Assembly (NCBI GenBank): GCA_038231275.1
Contig: JBBRLQ010000017.1
Location: 1 to 64,000, forward strand
Origin: Polyangiales bacterium
GTDB lineage: Bacteria; Myxococcota_A; Polyangia; Polyangiales; Polyangiaceae
Reading direction: 5' to 3'
Length of the DNA: 64,000 nt
A model generated the notes under the pieces. The model was not told where the DNA came from. It saw only the letters and a list, made by a program, of their open reading frames with translations, and did no database searches. Positions 58,552 through 64,000 of this stretch are shown here, one piece after another (position 1 is the stretch's first letter; each line of letters opens with the position of its first letter). The position numbers were made by a program, and so were the translations under genes.

Positions 58552-60917
58552 CGCGCGCCACCCTTCCGCGCGCGCGCGCGGCGGCCGAGGACGAGGACCA
58601 CGCCGAGTGCACCCCAGATCGCCTCGAGGTTGCCGGCTCCGACCGCGCATCCCGACGACGACCCGGACCCCGAGCCCGAGCCCGAGCTCGATCCCGACGA
58701 CGACCCCGAACCCGACTCCGAACCCGAGCCTGATCCCGACGCCGAGCCGGTGAGGCCGAAGAACTCGGCGATTTTTTGGGTCGAGCAGAGCTTCACGTCG
58801 AGCGCGTAGGCGCCTGCCGTTCCGCAGCCGTTCGCGGGATCGAGCGGAACGCCGTGGCCCATGCCCGGCACCGCGTACATTTCGACGGCGACCGCACCCT
58901 TCGCGTCGCGCCACTCGGAGCGCGCTGCACCGGACACCGTGCTCGTCGCGCTGGGCGCATCGGCGGCGCCGTGCACGCCGGCCCACTGCTTCGCGATCTC
59001 CTTCTCGTTCGCCGGCGCGACGATCGCGTCGCTGGTTCCTTGCCACACGCTCACGCGCGGCCACGTGCCGGCGTAGCCCGGGTAGGCAGAGCGAACGCGA
59101 TCCGCCCAGTCTTTCGCGGTCAGCGTCTTGCCGGGGTTCATGCAGGTATACGTATCGAGGGGGCTCGTCGCGCAGTCGTAGGGAAGGCCCGCGATCGGTG
59201 CGCCCGCGGCGAAGACGTCCGGCCACATCGCGAGCATGAGCGCGGTCTCGGCGCCGCCGGCGGAGAGGCCGGTGACGAAGACGCGCTTGCCGTCGATGCT
59301 GGCGTCGGCTTTCATCTTGTCGACCATCTGCTTGATCGACGCGTTCTCGCCCTTGTCGCGCGCGAGGCCGGCGCCGTACCAGGTGAAGCAGCGCATCGCG
59401 TTGTTGGTGGTCGACTGCTCGGCATAGACGACGTGGAAGGCGTACTTGTCGGCGAGCTCGTTCCAGCCGACGTTCGCGTAGTCGGCGGCGGTCTGCGTGC
59501 AGCCGTGGAGCGCGACGACGAGCGGCGCATTGGCCTTCGCGTTCGCGGGGCTGTGGCGGAACATCTTGAGGCCGGCCGGGTTCGCGCCGAAATTCGTGAC
59601 CTCGACGAGCGCGCCGCCCGCGTGGGCGGTGCCGCCGAGGGCGAAGAAGAGCGCTACGGCGAGCGTGGTCGCGGTGGCGGCCTGCGCGAGGCGCAACGTC
59701 GCGCGCATGAAGCCGCGCGTCGAGAGGAGCAGCGTCGCGACGCCGAGGAGCGCGACGCCGCTGACCATCGCGATGGCGAAGGCGATCGACGTATGGCCCA
59801 GGCGGGCGACGGCGGCGATGATCATCGGGATGAACGCCGCGACCGACGAGCCCACGTGGTAGACGAGGCCGATGCTGCGCGCCCGCGTCTCGGGCGGGAA
59901 CAGATCGGTCAGCAGCATCGGCGTCACGCCGCAGACGCCCGCGCCGAAGAGGCCGGTCGCGAAGGCGCCGACGCCGAGGAGCGCAGGCGACGCGCCGACG
60001 TAGAAGGCGAGGAACGGCAGCGCGAGGAGCGCAGGCGTGGCGATGGCGACCGCCGCGCCGTGACGCGAGGCGATGAAGCCCGAGCCTATCGAGCCGATGA
60101 GCATGCCGGTCGTGAAGAGCATCACGAGGTGCGCGACGCCCTTGTCGGTCATGCCGAGCTCGGTGACGAGCATCGTCGGGTAGAGGCCGGTGAGGCCGTT
60201 GTAGGCGCTGAAGCCGACGATCATGGCGGCCGAGCCCCAGAGGATCGGACCGAGCGCGGCGCGCGGCGCCTTGATCTTGGAGACCGACGCCGTCGCGGCC
60301 TTGAGCTTCTCGTGGGCCTTCGTCCACGCGTCGCTCTCCGGGACCCATGCGCGAATCGGAAGGACCATCAACGCGGGGAGGGCCGCGAGGACGAAGAGGC
60401 CACGCCAGCCGTAGTGCGGAATGACGTAGCCGGCGGCGACCGCGGCCAGCATGTAGCCGATGGCCCAGCTGCCCTGGAGGACACCCGACGCGATGCCGCG
60501 GCTACGGGTCGGCCAGCTCTCCATCGCGAGCGCGGTGCCGCTCGCCCACTCGGCGCCCATCCCGAACCCGAAGAGGGTGCGGAGGACGAGCACCCAACCG
60601 AACGTCGGCGCCAGCGCGATCGCGCCGTCGAACACCGCGAACGAGATGATCGAGAGCATCAGCGGGAGCTTTCGCCCCCAGCGGTCCGCGGCCCAGCCGG
60701 CGAGGACGCCGCCCGCGAGGCGCGCGAGATAGGTCAGCGCGAGCGAGCCGGTCGTCGCGAACGTCTCGACGCCCATCTCCTTCGCGATGTGCGGCATCGC
60801 GAGCAGAAAGACGGTGAAGTCGAACGCGTCGAGCACCCACCCGAACCACGCTGCGCTGAACGCGAGCCACTGCGCGCGCGTCGGCTCTTTCCACCACGGT
60901 TGATTGCTGGTCGCCAT
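58548..60917 (-). CDS. MFS carboxylate permease (NanT/JEN1-like) fused to PHB depolymerase family esterase 1
   Basis: GWVLDAFDF, ADRWGRK, GMGAEW and LQGSWAIGY, then in frame LHGCTQ, GLSAG, WQGTSD, GMGHG and a GC-hydrophobic-RR tail. Confidence 0.88.
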   Translation of the reverse strand: MATSNQPWWKEPTRAQWLAFSAAWFGWVLDAFDFTVFLLAMPHIAKEMGVETFATTGSLALTYLARLAGGVLAGWAADRWGRKLPLMLSIISFAVFDGAIALAPTFGWVLVLRTLFGFGMGAEWASGTALAMESWPTRSRGIASGVLQGSWAIGYMLAAVAAGYVIPHYGWRGLFVLAALPALMVLPIRAWVPESDAWTKAHEKLKAATASVSKIKAPRAALGPILWGSAAMIVGFSAYNGLTGLYPTMLVTELGMTDKGVAHLVMLFTTGMLIGSIGSGFIASRHGAAVAIATPALLALPFLAFYVGASPALLGVGAFATGLFGAGVCGVTPMLLTDLFPPETRARSIGLVYHVGSSVAAFIPMIIAAVARLGHTSIAFAIAMVSGVALLGVATLLLSTRGFMRATLRLAQAATATTLAVALFFALGGTAHAGGALVEVTNFGANPAGLKMFRHSPANAKANAPLVVALHGCTQTAADYANVGWNELADKYAFHVVYAEQSTTNNAMRCFTWYGAGLARDKGENASIKQMVDKMKADASIDGKRVFVTGLSAGGAETALMLAMWPDVFAAGAPIAGLPYDCATSPLDTYTCMNPGKTLTAKDWADRVRSAYPGYAGTWPRVSVWQGTSDAIVAPANEKEIAKQWAGVHGAADAPSATSTVSGAARSEWRDAKGAVAVEMYAVPGMGHGVPLDPANGCGTAGAYALDVKLCSTQKIAEFFGLTGSASGSGSGSESGSGSSSGSSSGSGSGSGSSSGCAVGAGNLEAIWGALGVVLVLGRRARARKGGAR

Positions 60918-60931
60918 CGAGCGGCGCCTTT

Positions 60932-60947
60932 TGCAGGCGGCGTGCCG
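60932..60947 (-). promoter_or_regulatory. Sigma54-like promoter for the MFS/PHB depolymerase operon
   Basis: Minus strand CGGCACG-CCGC-CTGCA with GG-N10-GC spacing, 14 nt upstream of the ATG. Confidence 0.55.
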
Positions 60948-61080
60948 TCGTCACGGCGGCGAAACGATCTCGAAACACGGCGAGACTCGGCGAGACGGGG
61001 ACAGATGTGGGACGGGCGCGTCGCAGAGGTCGCACCCCTCGCTGCGACGCGAGTGTCGCAGACCGCTCGCGCTGCGGCTT

Positions 61081-61575
61081 TCAGGGGAAACAGAAGGTCG
61101 CGAAGCCGGCGTCGGGATCGACGAGGCAGCCCGGCGCGACGCCGCTGCACCCGCCGGCCGGCGGGCACGGCAGTGTGCACTTCGACGCTTTCCATGCGGC
61201 GATCGCGTTCGTATACGTGATCACGTTCTGCGCGGAGGCGTCGTCGACGTACGTGTCGCAGTCGCACTGGTCCTTGAGCTTCACGCCGCAGAAGGAGATG
61301 CCCTGCTGGCACTTTTTCGCGGGGCCGCGCGCGGCGACGACGGCGGCCTGGAATGCAGGGCAGTTTGGCGCCGTATCGGGGCCGGCGTCGACGGGCGGCG
61401 GCGCGTCGACCCGGACGTCGGCGATGGCGTCGGTCCCGGGGCGATCGACGAGGGACGCGTCCGTCGGGGCGTCGGTCGCCGCATCGAAGGACGCGCTGCC
61501 CACGGGCCATTGATAGGTGCACGCCGAGAAGCTCACGAGGAGCCCCGCGAAAAGCAGCCGATCGCGGCGCGACAT
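61081..61575 (-). CDS. Cys-rich lipoprotein
   Basis: FSAC lipobox, D/A/P linker, about ten Cys; AAGGAG RBS. Confidence 0.72.
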   Translation of the reverse strand: MSRRDRLLFAGLLVSFSACTYQWPVGSASFDAATDAPTDASLVDRPGTDAIADVRVDAPPPVDAGPDTAPNCPAFQAAVVAARGPAKKCQQGISFCGVKLKDQCDCDTYVDDASAQNVITYTNAIAAWKASKCTLPCPPAGGCSGVAPGCLVDPDAGFATFCFP

Positions 61576-61645
61576 CTCCTTTTGGAGACCACAAACCCGG
61601 CGGCCAGGCAAGCGCCGGACGTGCCCGATGTGCTAGGTTCCGCGC

Positions 61646-62640
61646 GTGTCAGCCGTACGGCACGCCGCCGCCCTCGCGACCGCGCTCGCGCTTTTTGTCG
61701 GGTCGCCGTGCGTGTTGGCGCAGGCGCCGGACATGCACGAGCAAGCGCGCGCGCACTACGACATGGGCACCGGCGCGTACGTGCGCGCGGACTACAAGAC
61801 CGCGGCGCAGGAGTTCGCTCTCGCCGACCGGATGAGCCCGAGCACCGTCGCCCTCTCGGCCGCGCTCGACGCGGCGATCCAGGCCGAGCTCGCGCCGCTC
61901 GCGATGGAGCTCGTGCAACGCTCCGCGCGCGGCCCGGTCGACGCCTCGCTCTCGGTGCTCATCGTCAGGGCGCGCGCACGCTTCGCCAAGCGCGTCGGTC
62001 GCGTGAAGGTCACGTGCACGCCTGCTCCGTGCACCGCGAAGCTCGACGGAGCGGCCATCGAGCTCGACAAGGATCAGTTCGCGTGGGTCGGCAAGCACAC
62101 GATCACGCTCGAGCGGGCCAGCGGCGCGAGCGAGCGCCCGGTGGACGTCACGCCAGAGGGCCGCGCGGAAATTTTCGTCGGCGCGGATGCGATCGGACCG
62201 ACTCCGACTCCGACTCCGACTTCGACTCCGACCCCGACTTCGACTCCGACTCCGACTCCGACTCCGACTCCGACTCCGACGCCGACTCCGACGCCGACGC
62301 CGACTCCGAGCGACTCCGGTCTCTCCCCCGTCGTCTTCTTCCTCGGCGTGGGCATCACGGCTGTACTCGGCGGCGCGACGATCGCCTCCGGCATCGACAC
62401 GTCGAAGAAGCACGACGACTATTTTTCTGCGCACTGCGACACGATCACGCGACCAGACTGCTCGTCGAAGTCGTCGGATGGAATCGCCGCGCAGCACCGC
62501 ACGAACATTCTGCTCGGGGTCACCGCCGCCGCCGCGATCACGACGGCGGTGATCGGCATCGCGTTCACGCGCTGGCGGTCGAGTGTCTCGGCCCAGGTCG
62601 TCGGCAGCGCGGCCACCGCGCAGCTGCGCGTCACGTGGCC

Positions 62641-62644
<4 letters not shown>
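61646..62644 (+). CDS. TPR + PEGA-like protein with PT linker and C-terminal hydrophobic helices
   Basis: Signal peptide, TPR (AAQEFALADRMSP), PEGA-like strands, two hydrophobic segments. Confidence 0.8.
62198..62308 (+). repeat. Hexamer tandem repeat encoding PT/ST linker
   Basis: About 18 CCGACT-type units with TCGACT variants. Confidence 0.9.
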
Positions 62645-63918
<1,274 letters not shown>

Positions 63919-63927
63919 GGACAGGGA

Positions 63928-64000
63928 ATGCCCGCCGACTTCGAAGAAGATCACACCACGCGCGTCGCGGCCGAGAAGCGCGGGATGCGGGTTTTGTCGA
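63928..64000 (+). CDS. 5' fragment of a gene running off the window
   Basis: ATG after AAGGACAGGGA, 9 nt after the kinase stop; open to the window end (MPADFEEDHTTRVAAEKRGMRVLS). Confidence 0.45.
   Translation, partial: MPADFEEDHTTRVAAEKRGMRVLS

Noticed and set aside
57226..60348. Apparent 1040-aa protein
   Set aside because: The N-terminal part is an off-frame shadow of the MFS gene; the real start is 58551, with an ATGA overlap and signal peptide
61611..61626. Fourth sigma54-like site GGGCACG-TCCG-GCGCT on minus
   Set aside because: Spacing is right but the -12 box is weak and easily arises by chance in GC-rich DNA

Overview
Very GC-rich, gene-dense 64-kb window with about 53 CDS. The gene content (four Hanks-type Ser/Thr kinases, TPR/PEGA proteins, an FHA-sigma54 activator, MYXO-CTERM-like tails, many Cys-rich lipoproteins) points to a myxobacterium, probably Polyangiaceae/Labilithrix-like; this is an inference. 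I found no rRNA, tRNA, CRISPR array or transposase. Main loci: (1) 7.3-12.0 kb, a minus-strand operon of heme-c lipoproteins with DUF4266, a DUF3570 beta-barrel and a TPR/beta-barrel protein; (2) 16.7-18.5 kb, an N6-adenine methyltransferase and a single-TRD specificity subunit with no nuclease; (3) three kinase + TPR/PEGA + lipoprotein cassettes, one with an FHA-sigma54 activator and a malectin-glycoside hydrolase behind a sigma54-like promoter; (4) an FHA / VWA-FHA / PP2C operon near a triple-FHA ABC transporter; (5) larB-larC coupled to a zinc peptidase, near an ATP-grasp ligase; (6) 53.3-60.9 kb, a putative polyester (PHB) scavenging operon with an MFS carboxylate permease fused in frame to a PHB depolymerase, two more surface-anchored depolymerases, a lipase-like lipoprotein and a porin-like protein. 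Many starts look leaderless. Product calls come from motif recognition by eye, with no database search, and several starts were trimmed from the ORF track.
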